Shown here in pieces: positions 9,917 through 23,200 of a stretch of DNA of 61,656 bases. The position numbers and the translations under genes are program-made. The notes under the pieces were generated by a model. The model did no database searches. It saw nothing but the letters and a program-made list of their open reading frames with translations, and was not told where the DNA came from. This DNA comes from an uncultured Brachyspira sp. (GTDB lineage: Bacteria > Spirochaetota > Brachyspiria > Brachyspirales > Brachyspiraceae): contig CAZUEE010000002.1 in NCBI GenBank assembly GCA_964619175.1, forward strand, positions 1 through 61,656, written 5' to 3'. How positions within the stretch are numbered: the stretch's first letter is position 1; every line of letters starts with the position of its first letter.

Positions 9917-11008
9917 TTATTTCAATATTTCCTCTATTTGAGAATTACTTAAAAAATTCATAACCAAAGGCTGCGATTTATCCTTTTGTGACTGTTGCCA
10001 AGTAGCGTATATTCCGTCTTTTGTCATAAGAGCGTCCACATATCTAGAACATCCCGTTCCATAGGGGCTTATAAACAACGGTAATTCTTTGCTTATTCTT
10101 TCTATATGATTTAAAGAACCGTTTTCTATATAGGCGACTCCTCCAAGCTCTTCGCAAGAATAACCTCTAGGTCTTTTTACCGCTCTGCTATGTTCGTCCA
10201 AATTTCTAACGCATTCTCCTCCATCGTAGAAAAATAGGCTAATTCTTTTATCTTTGAGAACTCCTATTTGTGGCAAATCTATAATGCATGTGCCTCTAGT
10301 CATAGCCACATCCCAAGTATGCCCTTTTTCAAAAAAATAAAAAATAGGCTCTTCAAAATTTAAAGTATCATCATTTCTTTTCATATATCCCGTATTTGAA
10401 CTTGTCCAATTATACGGATGAGTGCAAAACAAAAGATATTTATTGCCGTTATAACTATCGTATATGAAAGGGTCTTTTAAATGTATAAATCTTGAATCCG
10501 TTCCTTTTATTAATTTTTTTATATTCGATGGATTCAAATTTTCAATTTTATCTGCGACTATAACATCTATATCCCATACGCCCGTTCCGGGTTTTAAAAA
10601 TTCCTTAAGATGTTCGGGATACTTATTTTCAGATTTTTCGGACGATATATACAACTCTACCGTAGAATTATATTTATTGAATCTTAAAGCTGTGCCTTCT
10701 ATCGATAAAACTCCATTGGGCAATTCTTTTTTATATATACTTTTTATTTTTTCCCAATTATTACCTTTATCGGAAGATTTAAATATTGCAAGTTCGGCTC
10801 CTCTATCTCCTAAATCGAGTCCTGTTCTTGAATCCCCAGAATTTCTAAATCTCCCAGATACATAAAGATTTCCCGCTTCATCTTCTACCATATTGCCGCC
10901 ACCAAACCAATATCCTTCTTCGGCAAATACAGGTACTATAATTTTTGCTTTATCCTCGTCTATTAATTTTAAAGAAAATTCCATTAATTTATTTTCTAAA
11001 TAATTCAT
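9917..11008 (-). CDS. Putative beta-propeller glycoside-hydrolase-like protein
   Basis: 363 aa, no signal peptide, one Asp-box (SSDKGNNW), KDPFI motif; first gene of the sulfonate ABC run. Function is inferred. Confidence 0.55.
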   Translation of the reverse strand: MNYLENKLMEFSLKLIDEDKAKIIVPVFAEEGYWFGGGNMVEDEAGNLYVSGRFRNSGDSRTGLDLGDRGAELAIFKSSDKGNNWEKIKSIYKKELPNGVLSIEGTALRFNKYNSTVELYISSEKSENKYPEHLKEFLKPGTGVWDIDVIVADKIENLNPSNIKKLIKGTDSRFIHLKDPFIYDSYNGNKYLLFCTHPYNWTSSNTGYMKRNDDTLNFEEPIFYFFEKGHTWDVAMTRGTCIIDLPQIGVLKDKRISLFFYDGGECVRNLDEHSRAVKRPRGYSCEELGGVAYIENGSLNHIERISKELPLFISPYGTGCSRYVDALMTKDGIYATWQQSQKDKSQPLVMNFLSNSQIEEILK

Positions 11009-11136
11009 AACAGCTTCCTAAATATTTAACATAATACATATTATAGACTTTATTAATTATAACATTAACGATTATAAAATGTAAAATTTGTCGGTATTTA
11101 TAATAGTAAAAATCATAAAAAAATTTAAAAATAGTG

Positions 11137-11188
11137 TTGACATTTATATTAACATAATATATTATTATGTTAATATATTTATGTTAAT
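11137..11188 (+). promoter_or_regulatory. Promoter overlapped by a perfect 15-bp inverted repeat
   Basis: TTGACA 11137-11142, TATTAT 11160-11165; tatattaacataata-tat-tattatgttaatata at 11145-11177. Confidence 0.6.
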
Positions 11189-11208
11189 TATACGATTTGG
11201 AGATTTGT

Positions 11209-14200
11209 ATGTTCCCTATTCTTAACTTTGCATTAATGTTTATAATTCCAATTATAGTCGTGAGTATCGCCAAGATTATCGATAATAAAAGAAATTCCAA
11301 TATGGGAAATTTCGATAATATCTTTGAAGAAGGAAAAGCCGCATTAGACGGAATAGTAGAAGAAAAAATTTCCGAAGTTAGAGATAACGCTATAGGTTTG
11401 GAAATTGCCGTTAAAAAAGCTGGATTCATAAGCAAATCTATGGAAGAAGATTTAGCCAAACTCAATAATAAAATAGAATCGTATAAAGATTATAAAGCAG
11501 CCGTATCTCAATATCAAGAACAGGTTGATTCTTTGGAAGAAGCCTATTTGGATATATTAAACAAAGTAGACACCGTTTTGAAAGAAAGAAACACAATAGA
11601 AAAAACCTATAAAAGAATATCCGATGTAAAAACCAAAATGATAGAATTGGAAAAAAATGTTTCTTCGGTGCAAGATAAACTAATAGAATCTTACAATTCT
11701 AAATTAAACGATTTTGAATCTGAATTGTATAAAAGATTCGATTCGCTCACCTCTAACCTACTCGCTCGCGACGCTCATTATATCGATATGGCAGAACAAG
11801 AAAAAGAAAAAATATCCGCATTAACCGAAGAGTTTAAACTTCATGTTGCAAAAAAAGAAGAGTTGTTTACAAAACAACTTACTCAACTAGCGGAAAGAAC
11901 GGCGAGAAACAATATAGAACAATTAGCCGAATTATTTGAAAAAAGCAGAGAAGAACTTGTCAATAAATATTCTTCGTTTGCAGACGAGATTGATTTTAAA
12001 TCTAAAGGCATAGAAGAAAGATACGAAACTTTAAGTCAATCGAAAGACGGACTCGAAAACGAATTAATCAATTTAAGAGATACTATTCATAACAGATTAA
12101 GCTCGATAACCGAATCTACTGTTTTAGAGTTTAAAGACGAGATGGAAAAAACCAAAGAAATTTTATACTCTTCTTTAAAAGAAGGACTTGAAAAAATAAC
12201 TCAAGACAAAGAAGAGTTTTTAGAATCCATAGAACAAAAAGCCGTTTATTTGGAAAAATCCATAGACGATATAAAAGATAAAGCCGATTTTATTTCGCAA
12301 GATTATGCCAAAAGAACGAGTCAATTGGATTCCGATTTTACTGCATTCAAAGACGATATAAATAGACGATTATTAACCGAAGTTGAAATTTTCTCAAATA
12401 GTATAAGAGATGTTCTTGAAAATGAAAACGACGGAATAATAACGCTTTATAGGAATAAAACCAAAGAATTATCCGACTTGATTATGGCATTGGACGGCAT
12501 GAGCGAAGAAACTTTATATAAAGCTGAAAGTAAATTTGAAGAGATTTCAAACGATATAGAAAAATTGAAAAACGATATACTTTCAAAAACGCAGGACGAT
12601 ATGGAATATTCTATAGATAACGCTAGAAGTTCTTTAATAGCTGAAATAAACGAACTCAGAGCGGATGTGGAAGGCGAAACTAATTTATTAAGAGAAAGAA
12701 TAGACGAAATACATTATCAAACTTCGGAATTTTCTTCCATATTAAGCAACAAACAAGAAGAAATATTGGATTCTTTAAGTTTGGAAAAAGAATATTTATA
12801 TAAAGATTTGGAAGCTCAAGCTAATGTAAAAATGCAGGAGTTGGAAAATCAATATAATTATGTAAAAGATAATTTGGAAATAAAAATAGACGATTATATC
12901 AAAAATACTGCAACCGATTTGGGCGATATGGATAATAAATTGTCCGTTTTAAAAGAAAAATATAACGAAGAATTTAATAATATAGAAAAATTAAGCAGAG
13001 ATACGGAAAATAATATTAAAGATAATGTCGAAAAGAAAATAGAATTGTTGGAAAAATCTTCTTCCGATATCAAAAATTTGATAGACATTTCTAGCGAAAA
13101 ATTGGAAAACGGAATAAAAAGCGCCGAAAAAAATATTAACGATATTAAAAATAATTTAACTCAATATGGCGATTCTTATATAAATAATTTGACTAATCAA
13201 TTAAAAGAATTAATTGAGAATTACGAAGAAACTAAAATGAAATCCATAACCGAAAGCGTGGATAATGTTCGCAAATCTGTAGAAGAAAGCGAGAGAAAAC
13301 ATAAGGATATGATTGATAATTTGGAATATTCTTTGGACGAATTTAAAAATAAGGTTAATAATATAGTCGATGACAATATCAAATATAGCGAAGAAAATAA
13401 AAAGAATATAGTCGATAACCTCCATAACGAATTGATTAAAGCTACAGAATCTTTTGAAACTATTTTAAATAGCAAAAGAGAAGGCATGAATAAAGTTAAA
13501 AACGAACTTGAAGATATTATGCGTAGAGTGGAGATTGGAAAAGAATCTTTTGAAAAAACTATAAACGACGTTTACGAAAAAGCGGATAGCAAAGAAAAAG
13601 AATTAATCTCCGATATAAAAAATAAATATAACGATTTGGGAGAGAAGATAGACATTTTATTTGACGAAAAGAAAAACGACTTGAATGACATGAGCGCAAA
13701 ATATCATTCTATAATAGAAAACGCTTTTGGAGAATTGAGAGAAGAATACGAAGAGTTAAAACATCATTCCGATTTAATTACGGACGAGTATAAAGTTCGT
13801 ATGGATACTTTGGCGATGAAGATAAACGAAATTTATTCGAATGTCGACAATGTGAAATCTTCTATAGAAAATAAAATTAATTATATAGACGGTTATGTCA
13901 ACGATATAAAAGAAAATATAGAATATAAAGCTAAAGATATAAATAATTTTATTGACGATAAAAAAGGATTCATAGAAAATAAAATAAATAGTATATTTAA
14001 CGACGCCGAAAAAGGAATAAATGCTAAAATAAACGAACTTAAAGAATTAATTGAATCGGCTGTAGAAAAATATAGAGAAGAAATAAGCGAGATAGAAACT
14101 TACAGACTCGAAGAAAATAAAAATATAATGGAAGAAGCGGAAAATATAGGAATTCAAATAAGGGAAGATTATGAAGAATATATTAACACTCTTCAAGAAT

Positions 14201-17200
14201 TATATAACGAGGAAAAATCTTCTTTAAGCGATTATGCCAATCAATTAAAAGAAGAGATAGAAAAAAATATAGAAGAATCCGAAGTTGAACATTTGGAAAA
14301 AGAAACTAATTATATAGACGAATATCTTAATCAAACATCTTCAAAGATAGACGAAAAAATTAACGGTTTAAATCAAACTTTAAACGATTCTTTCAATACA
14401 TTGTATAGAAGTGTTAATGATTTAGTAGAGAAGACTAGGGGGATGTATAACGAGAAGGTATCGGAGTCTCTTTCGGAGATGAAGAAGTTTGCCGAGGAGC
14501 TTGTTGATAATAGAGTTGCGGAGTCTAGGGCATCGTTATTATCGTCAATAGATATTTTGCGAGTTGAGTTTAGCGATTTTCGGGATAGTATTGATATAAG
14601 GGTAAGGGAGCAGGCGGAGACTTTGATATCGAATAATGAGAGCGTGTTATCGATATTTAACGATTATGAGAAGAAGCTACAATATATGGATGAGCTTTCC
14701 GTTTTGATAAATGATATTAAGGTTGATATAAATAACGAGTTAGAATATTTGAAGGAGGGTTTATCTTTTAGAGATGGTGAGATAGACAAGTCGTTAGAGT
14801 CGTTGCAATCTTCGTTGTTGGATAGGGAGGAGTTTGTAAAATTAGGTGAAGGCGAGAAGGAATTATTGATTAGTCAGATAGAGGATTTGAAGGAGGAGAT
14901 TGAGTTATTGAAGTCTCAGAGTTTGCGAGCTAGAGAGATAGAGCTACCTAGTTTATTGGCTGGAGAGCGCGAGAAGTTGGAAGGTATGTTAGAAGAGTTT
15001 TCGAAGGATTTATTGAATAGGGTTTCTGGTCAGGAGAGCGATTTAAGTTATCTAAGGAGTGATTTATCTTTGGTTAAGGAAGATATAATTTCTCGTGTTG
15101 AATCATTGAAGGCGGATATAGATTTGGTAAGTGGGGATAGTAGGATATCGGCGTTGGACGAGGAGCGAGGGAAGTTGTCGTCTTCTTTATCGTCTTTGCG
15201 GGAAGATTTTAACAAGGTATTAGGATTGGAGGCTAGTTTTTCCGAGTTGCGAGCTAGGTTGGAAGGTATCGATTCCGAGTTGCGTGGAGATATAGAGGTT
15301 TTATCGGAGCGTTTGAAGGATTTCAGCGAGGATATAGAGGGCAGATTGGCGAGCGATTCAGCCGAGTTATATACGGATTTGGAGGCTTTGAATAAAGATT
15401 TTAGCGAGGTTCGGGTTAATCTTTTGGGTTCTATGGACAAGGCTTCGGAGATAGAGTCGAAGATAGATACGATATTTAAAGATTTCAGTATCGAGAATAA
15501 AGATTTCCGCGATAGGTTGGAGAGGCGGATAGCACATTTTGAGGACATATGGTCCGACAGTAGTAGACTGAGGAGCATGTTTAATGACGATATAATGGAG
15601 GAGGTAGAGAAGTTAAGGGTAGAAGCGGATAGCAGATTTGAGAATTACATTTCGGATTTGCAAGGTAAGATAGACAATATAGAGAGTGGAATAGTCGATT
15701 GGAAGGAAGGCAGTTTAGATGAGTTGTTGAGTCAATTAAAGGAAGCTAGGGATAGTATAGAGGGCTTTATAGAGAGTTCTGGTAGTAAGAAGGAGGAATA
15801 TTTATCTGAGATGTTAAGAGTTATCGAGGATAAGGAGGCGGAGATTTATTCTCGTATAGAGGGAAATATCAATGAGCGGGTTAAGGATATAGAGGGTCGA
15901 TTAAGCGCTATAGACGAGCGTGTTAATAATGAATTGGCGGACAATTTATCTAGGGTTCGCGCTAGTGTTGGCGAGGCTGAGGCAGGAATACATAATAGAG
16001 TAAACGAGCTTAGGGGTTTGATAGATTCTGCGATAGAGAAGTATCGTGCGGAGATAAGGAATATAGAGCATCATAGGAGTGGCGAGGAGGAATTATTTAG
16101 TAGCGATATCAAGGCGTTGGGCGATAAGATACGGGAGGATTGCGAGGGGTATTCTTTGCGATTGGAGCAGTTGTATGAGGAAGCTAGATTGGAATTGGGC
16201 GATAATCTTAGGGTTGTAAAGGAGGAGATAGAGTCTATTAGAAACGAGGCTGAGGTTAAGGCTATATCTGAAGAGAAGGGTTATATAGATGAATATTTGG
16301 AGGGATATACTCGCAAGGTAGAAGATAGGTTATCTAATGAGTTGTCGGGCTTGGAGGATAGCCGCAGGGCATTAGAGGAGATGATAAAGGAGTCGTTTAA
16401 TAATTTGAGCTCCGATTTGGAAGAAGCCTTAGATAATTTTGCCGAGCGCTCTGATAAGTTGCTTGAGGATACGGTATCTAGTTTCGAGGCTAGGATTGAG
16501 GGGGTCGTATCGGAAGATAGGGTTATAGAAATCTATGGCGGAGTCGAGGAGAAGATAGTCGGCATAGAAGAGAAGTATAACGACTTGGAGAAGAGAGTTA
16601 ATGATACCAACGATACATTGTATAGAAGTGTTAATGATTTAGTAGAGAAGACTAGGGGGATGTATAACGAGAAGGTATCGGAGTCTCTTTCGGAGATGAA
16701 GAAGTTTGCCGAGGAGCTTGTTGATAATAGAGTTGCGGAGTCTAGGGCATCGTTATTATCGTCAATAGATATTTTGCGAGTTGAGTTTAGCGATTTTCGG
16801 GATAGTATTGATATAAGGGTAAGGGAGCAGGCGGAGACTTTGATATCGAATAATGAGAGCGTGTTATCGATATTTAACGATTATGAGAAGAAGCTACAAT
16901 ATATGGATGAGCTTTCCGTTTTGATAAATGATATTAAGGTTGATATAAATAACGAGTTAGAATATTTGAAGGAGGGTTTATCTTTTAGAGATGGTGAGAT
17001 AGACAAGTCGTTAGAGTCGTTGCAATCTTCGTTGTTGGATAGGGAGGAGTTTGTAAAATTAGGTGAAGGCGAGAAGGAATTATTGATTAGTCAGATAGAG
17101 GATTTGAAGGAGGAGATTGAGTTATTGAAGTCTCAGAGTTTGCGAGCTAGAGAGATAGAGCTACCTAGTTTATTGGCTGGAGAGCGCGAGAAGTTGGAAG

Positions 17201-20200
17201 GTATGTTAGAAGAGTTTTCGAAGGATTTATTGAATAGGGTTTCTGGTCAGGAGAGCGATTTAAGTTATCTAAGGAGTGATTTATCTTTGGTTAAGGAAGA
17301 TATAATTTCTCGTGTTGAATCATTGAAGGCGGATATAGATTTGGTAAGTGGGGATAGTAGGATATCGGCGTTGGACGAGGAGCGAGGGAAGTTGTCGTCT
17401 TCTTTATCGTCTTTGCGGGAAGATTTTAACAAGGTATTAGGATTGGAGGCTAGTTTTTCCGAGTTGCGAGCTAGGTTGGAAGGTATCGATTCCGAGTTGC
17501 GTGGAGATATAGAGGTTTTATCGGAGCGTTTGAAGGATTTCAGCGAGGATATAGAGGGCAGATTGGCGAGCGATTCAGCCGAGTTATATACGGATTTGGA
17601 GGCTTTGAATAAAGATTTTAGCGAGGTTCGGGTTAATCTTTTGGGTTCTATGGACAAGGCTTCGGAGATAGAGTCGAAGATAGATACGATATTTAAAGAT
17701 TTCAGTATCGAGAATAAAGATTTCCGCGATAGGTTGGAGAGGCGGATAGCACATTTTGAGGACATATGGTCCGACAGTAGTAGACTGAGGAGCATGTTTA
17801 ATGACGATATAATGGAGGAGGTAGAGAAGTTAAGGGTAGAAGCGGATAGCAGATTTGAGAATTACATTTCGGATTTGCAAGGTAAGATAGACAATATAGA
17901 GAGTGGAATAGTCGATTGGAAGGAAGGCAGTTTAGATGAGTTGTTGAGTCAATTAAAGGAAGCTAGGGATAGTATAGAGGGCTTTATAGAGAGTTCTGGT
18001 AGTAAGAAGGAGGAATATTTATCTGAGATGTTAAGAGTTATCGAGGATAAGGAGGCGGAGATTTATTCTCGTATAGAGGGAAATATCAATGAGCGGGTTA
18101 AGGATATAGAGGGTCGATTAAGCGCTATAGACGAGCGTGTTAATAATGAATTGGCGGACAATTTATCTAGGGTTCGCGCTAGTGTTGGCGAGGCTGAGGC
18201 AGGAATACATAATAGAGTAAACGAGCTTAGGGGTTTGATAGATTCTGCGATAGAGAAGTATCGTGCGGAGATAAGGAATATAGAGCATCATAGGAGTGGC
18301 GAGGAGGAATTATTTAGTAGCGATATCAAGGCGTTGGGCGATAAGATACGGGAGGATTGCGAGGGGTATTCTTTGCGATTGGAGCAGTTGTATGAGGAAG
18401 CTAGATTGGAATTGGGCGATAATCTTAGGGTTGTAAAGGAGGAGATAGAGTCTATTAGAAACGAGGCTGAGGTTAAGGCTATATCTGAAGAGAAGGGTTA
18501 TATAGATGAATATTTGGAGGGATATACTCGCAAGGTAGAAGATAGGTTATCTAATGAGTTGTCGGGCTTGGAGGATAGCCGCAGGGCATTAGAGGAGATG
18601 ATAAAGGAGTCGTTTAATAATTTGAGCTCCGATTTGGAAGAAGCCTTAGATAATTTTGCCGAGCGCTCTGATAAGTTGCTTGAGGATACGGTATCTAGTT
18701 TCGAGGCTAGGATTGAGGGGGTCGTATCGGAAGATAGGGTTATAGAAATCTATGGCGGAGTCGAGGAGAAGATAGTCGGCATAGAAGAGAAGTATAACGA
18801 CTTGGAGAAGAGAGTTAATAATACTAAGAATAATAAAGCGTATATAAAGAAACTCGAAGAAAAAATTAATAAATTATATGAACAGTTGGATGAAAAAATA
18901 TTTGAGATTAATGAAAAATACGAATCAGTGAATCAGCACTTTAACGACAAATTTGCAAATATAGAAAGTTCGGTATTAGATAATGAGCAGATAAATAAAT
19001 TAAAAGAAGATTTTGCATATTTCAAAGAAGAAGTATTAAACGCAAATAAAGAAAATATAGACGGATTATTTGAAGAAGAAAAATTAAAATTCGAACATTC
19101 TTTCGATTCGTTTAGCAAATATATGATTGAAAAAATTAATAATTCCAAATTCGACATAGAAGAGATAAAAAAATCCGTTTTGGAAGAAAAAAATTCTATA
19201 CTTGAAAATATGGAAACTTTCAGGTTTGAATTGGACTCTTTAAAGAATAACGATATACTCGAAAATTTGGAAAATTTAGCGTCCGATAAAATTAAATTGG
19301 AAGAAGCTTTCAATTCTTTGAAAGACGATTTTGATAAACTTTCTAATTTGGAAAACGAAGTTTACGAATTAAAAGATAATTTTGAAGGAGATAATTTCGC
19401 CTTAAAAAATGAAGTCGAAAAATTATTGGAAGAAGTTTCCAACATGCATGAAAAATTGGAACAAATAGAAAATAATATATCGGTTTTGGATAACGGAAAT
19501 TTGAACGATTTATTAAACGAATTGCATGATGCCAAAGAAAATATAGACTTGTTTATAGAAAATTCGGAAGATAAGAAAAACGAAATAATTTCAAAAATAG
19601 AAGATTCTAACAGAAAATATATCGATTCTTATTTGGAAGAATATTTATCGGAGTTTAAAGAATGGACGGAAAAAATAGAAAATATAGAAAGTCGTATTGG
19701 AGATTTGATAAATAGTAAAGAAAACGACATTATAAATAAAATATCGACTTATGAAGATGAAATCGAAAATAAACAATCAGCTTCTTTTGAATCTTTAAGA
19801 AAAGAATTATTTGATTTATACGATTCATTTAAAAACGATATCGATACGGATAATTTAAATTATATGTCGGATAAATTATATTATATAGAAAATTCGATTA
19901 AAGAGCTAGAAGAAAATAATAAAATAGTTTCAGCTAAAATAGAAGACGATAAAAAAGAATTGTCAGAGTCGTTAAATAATTTGTTTAATGAATTTGATAC
20001 ATTTAAATCGAATATAAACGACAAATTTGAAAACCGAAATACAGTCGAAAATGTCGCATCTTATCCGATTAACGAATACGGAGATAAAATATCCGACTTA
20101 AAACATGCTTTGGATAATATAAATGACAATAATAAAGAGTTTAAAGACAGACTTGAAAAGCGTATAGCATTCTTCGAAGATTCTTGGACAAACGAAGAGA

Positions 20201-23200
20201 AAATAAACGAATTATACGGAGATTTATTAAACGATAGATTCGAATCGTTAAAAGAAAAATTGGAATCGAAATTAAATTCGTCATTTGAAGAATCTTTAGA
20301 AGAATATAAAGAAAAAATAAACGAAATGGAAAAAGATTTAAATTCTTGGAAGGATAATAATCTTAATTCTCTTATAAACGGTTTGGATTCGGTTAAAGAA
20401 AATATCAATTTGGCAAAAGAAAACGACATTACGAATATGCTAAATATGATAGAAGAATTAAAAGAAAAAATAGAAAATAAAGAAAACGAATCGAACTTAG
20501 CTTTTGAAAATAAAATATCCGATATGGAAAAAAGTATAGTAGCCTTCGAAGACAGATTAAAAGATATAGAATATAATCAAAGTTCTATAAACGACGATAT
20601 AGAAAAATATATTTTCAAATTGGATAATGTATTGGACGAATACGAAGAGCGAATGAAATCCAAAATCTTAAATATTCAAGATTCCATTAAAGAAGAAAAC
20701 GACAAAGCTATGGATTATGTAAGCGCCGTTAAAAATGACGATTCCAAAGATACTAATGCTAGATTATCCGATTTGGAATCTTATATAAGAAAGTTGGATA
20801 ATAACGCGTCGGAGATTTCAAACGAACTTGCAAAAGATAAAAAAGATTTGATAGAAACCGTGTATCAACTTAAAAAAGACATGCATTCCAAAATAGAGGA
20901 AGATTTGGCAAGATTAAAAGATAATCTCCCTAATATGGAAGAGCTTACCGATTTATTCGTGTCTGAAAAAGAAGAATGGAGAGAAGAGTTCGAAGCGTTT
21001 AAAAACGAACTTATGAACTCTCAAACGGAAAACGAAAATTTTGCAGAAATATTTGAAGAGGAAAAAGCGAGATTAATAGAAGAATTGGATAATTTTAAAT
21101 CCGCCGTTAGAGTGGAATATATGTCAAAAGAAGATAAATTCGATTCTATTAAAGAAGAGTATTTAAATAATTTTAATAAATTATTGGATAACGAAAAAGA
21201 AAAATTGCATTCTTCTCTCGAAGATATAAATAAAAAATTCGAAGACTTAAAAGACAATTTTATTACCTCAAACGAAGTTAAAGAACTTGTAAAAGAGCTT
21301 ATAAATAAATATAAAGATGATATAACTTTATCCGTAGAAAACAGAAAAGAAGAAGCATCGAATAATATTGAAAGTATAGACAAAAGTTATATAGAAAATC
21401 TAATCGAAAAAGAAAGAGAAAGAATCGACGAAATATTAACCGAATTTAAGAAAAATTTAGAGGATAATTATTCTACCGTTCAGTCCGTAGCAGAAGTGTT
21501 GTCGAAAGAGGAAATTTCTATTGATAATAAATTGTCTGAAATGAAAGAAAATATTCTTAAAGATATTCCAACTATCGAAGATATAAGTCAAATATTTATA
21601 GAAGAAAAAGATTCGTTAAAAGAAAATTTCGTTTCGTTGAGAAATGAAATTTTGGGTTCTATGCCAACTTCGGAATATTTTGAAAACATATATAAAGAAC
21701 AAGAAACGCAGCTTAAAAATAGTTTCAATATTTTGGAAGAAGATTTTTCAGAAAGCATAAAGAGATATAAAGAAAATATAACTAATGAAATATCCGAATT
21801 CAAAAACGAATTCTCCGAAAGAATAATAAATATCAACGATTTGGCGGGAAGTTTACAAATCGAAAGAGAGAGATTGGCAACCGAAATCGAAGATATAAAA
21901 ATAAAATACGAAAGAGGGGAAATTAATTCTAACGAAGTTTTAAACGCTATAGAAAGCGACAGAGATAAACTCGTAAACGAATTCTTAAATTTCAGAAAAT
22001 CTATTTTGGATTTAACGAAAGAACAAGAAGAGGCTATTAATACATTGTCGCAAGAAAAAATAAAAATAATGGAAAATATCGAAGAATTAAACAATAAAAT
22101 TTCTTTGGATATTCCAAGCAGAGAAGAAATCGTTTTAATGATAGAAGAAGAAAAAAAATATATAACGGATATGTTTGAAAGTTTGAAAAACGAAGCGTTA
22201 AATAACGATTTTTCTTTTGACGATTTTAGAGACGACATTATAAAAGTATTCGAAGAATCAAACGAAGATTTTAGAAAAAGAGTCGAAGCTAGAATAGAAC
22301 ATTTTGAAAACGCTTATTCCGATTCGGATAAAATCAAAGAGTTTTATAGAGATGCCATAGATATGGAAGTCGACAATTTAAAAAGCGAGGCTTTAAATAT
22401 ATTTTCAAATATAGAGGTTAAAGTCGAAGAGGCTAAAAATAGAATCGATACCATAGAAAACGAAAAAGTTCAAGGCATTATAAATAGAATAGACGAAGCG
22501 CAAAATAATATAGACGATTTGGTAGAAACTATAAAGGTTAATATAAAAGAACAAGAAAATGAAATTAAGATGTTGGGAGAATCTCAAAAACATATTTCGC
22601 AGGATATAGAAAATGTTCGCAAGGAAAGAGAAGCCCTAATCGAAATGGTTCAAAACAGCGATATAAATATAAAAAATAAACTCGATAGTTTAACCGAAGC
22701 GGCGGCTGATGCTGCAAATAAAGCTTCTGAAAGAATATCTAAAAAAGAAGATGTATTTAACGAAAAAGTTAAAGAAATTGAAGATTATCTTCTTTCGATA
22801 GAAAATCGTATAAACGAAGATTATTTAAATAAGTCTAAAGAGACTATAGATAATTTGGTCGCATCTTTCAATGAGCAGATTATAAAAGAAACGAACGATT
22901 TGACTCCGCATATAATGAAAGCCGTTAGAGATTTTATAAACAAAGAGACGGGCAAATTTGAAAAATTCTCCGACCTCAAAAAATATCTTGAAAATATGGA
23001 AGCTACGATTAACGACAGATTAAACGAATCATTTGATGTCATAAACGGAAAACTAGACAACAATATGGTAGAACTACGAAAAAAATTATCCGATTACGAA
23101 GAGGAAATTATAGGCGACTTTAAAATGTCGGTAGGAGTCGAAGGAGAAAAAGCGCTAGACGAAATAAACGAAAGATATAACGAAGAGATGTCAAAATTAA

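Noticed and set aside
14396..18819. Diversity-generating retroelement as the cause of the adenine-biased changes
   Set aside because: No reverse transcriptase in the window, the two copies look identical, and the block is far longer than a typical template/variable repeat pair.
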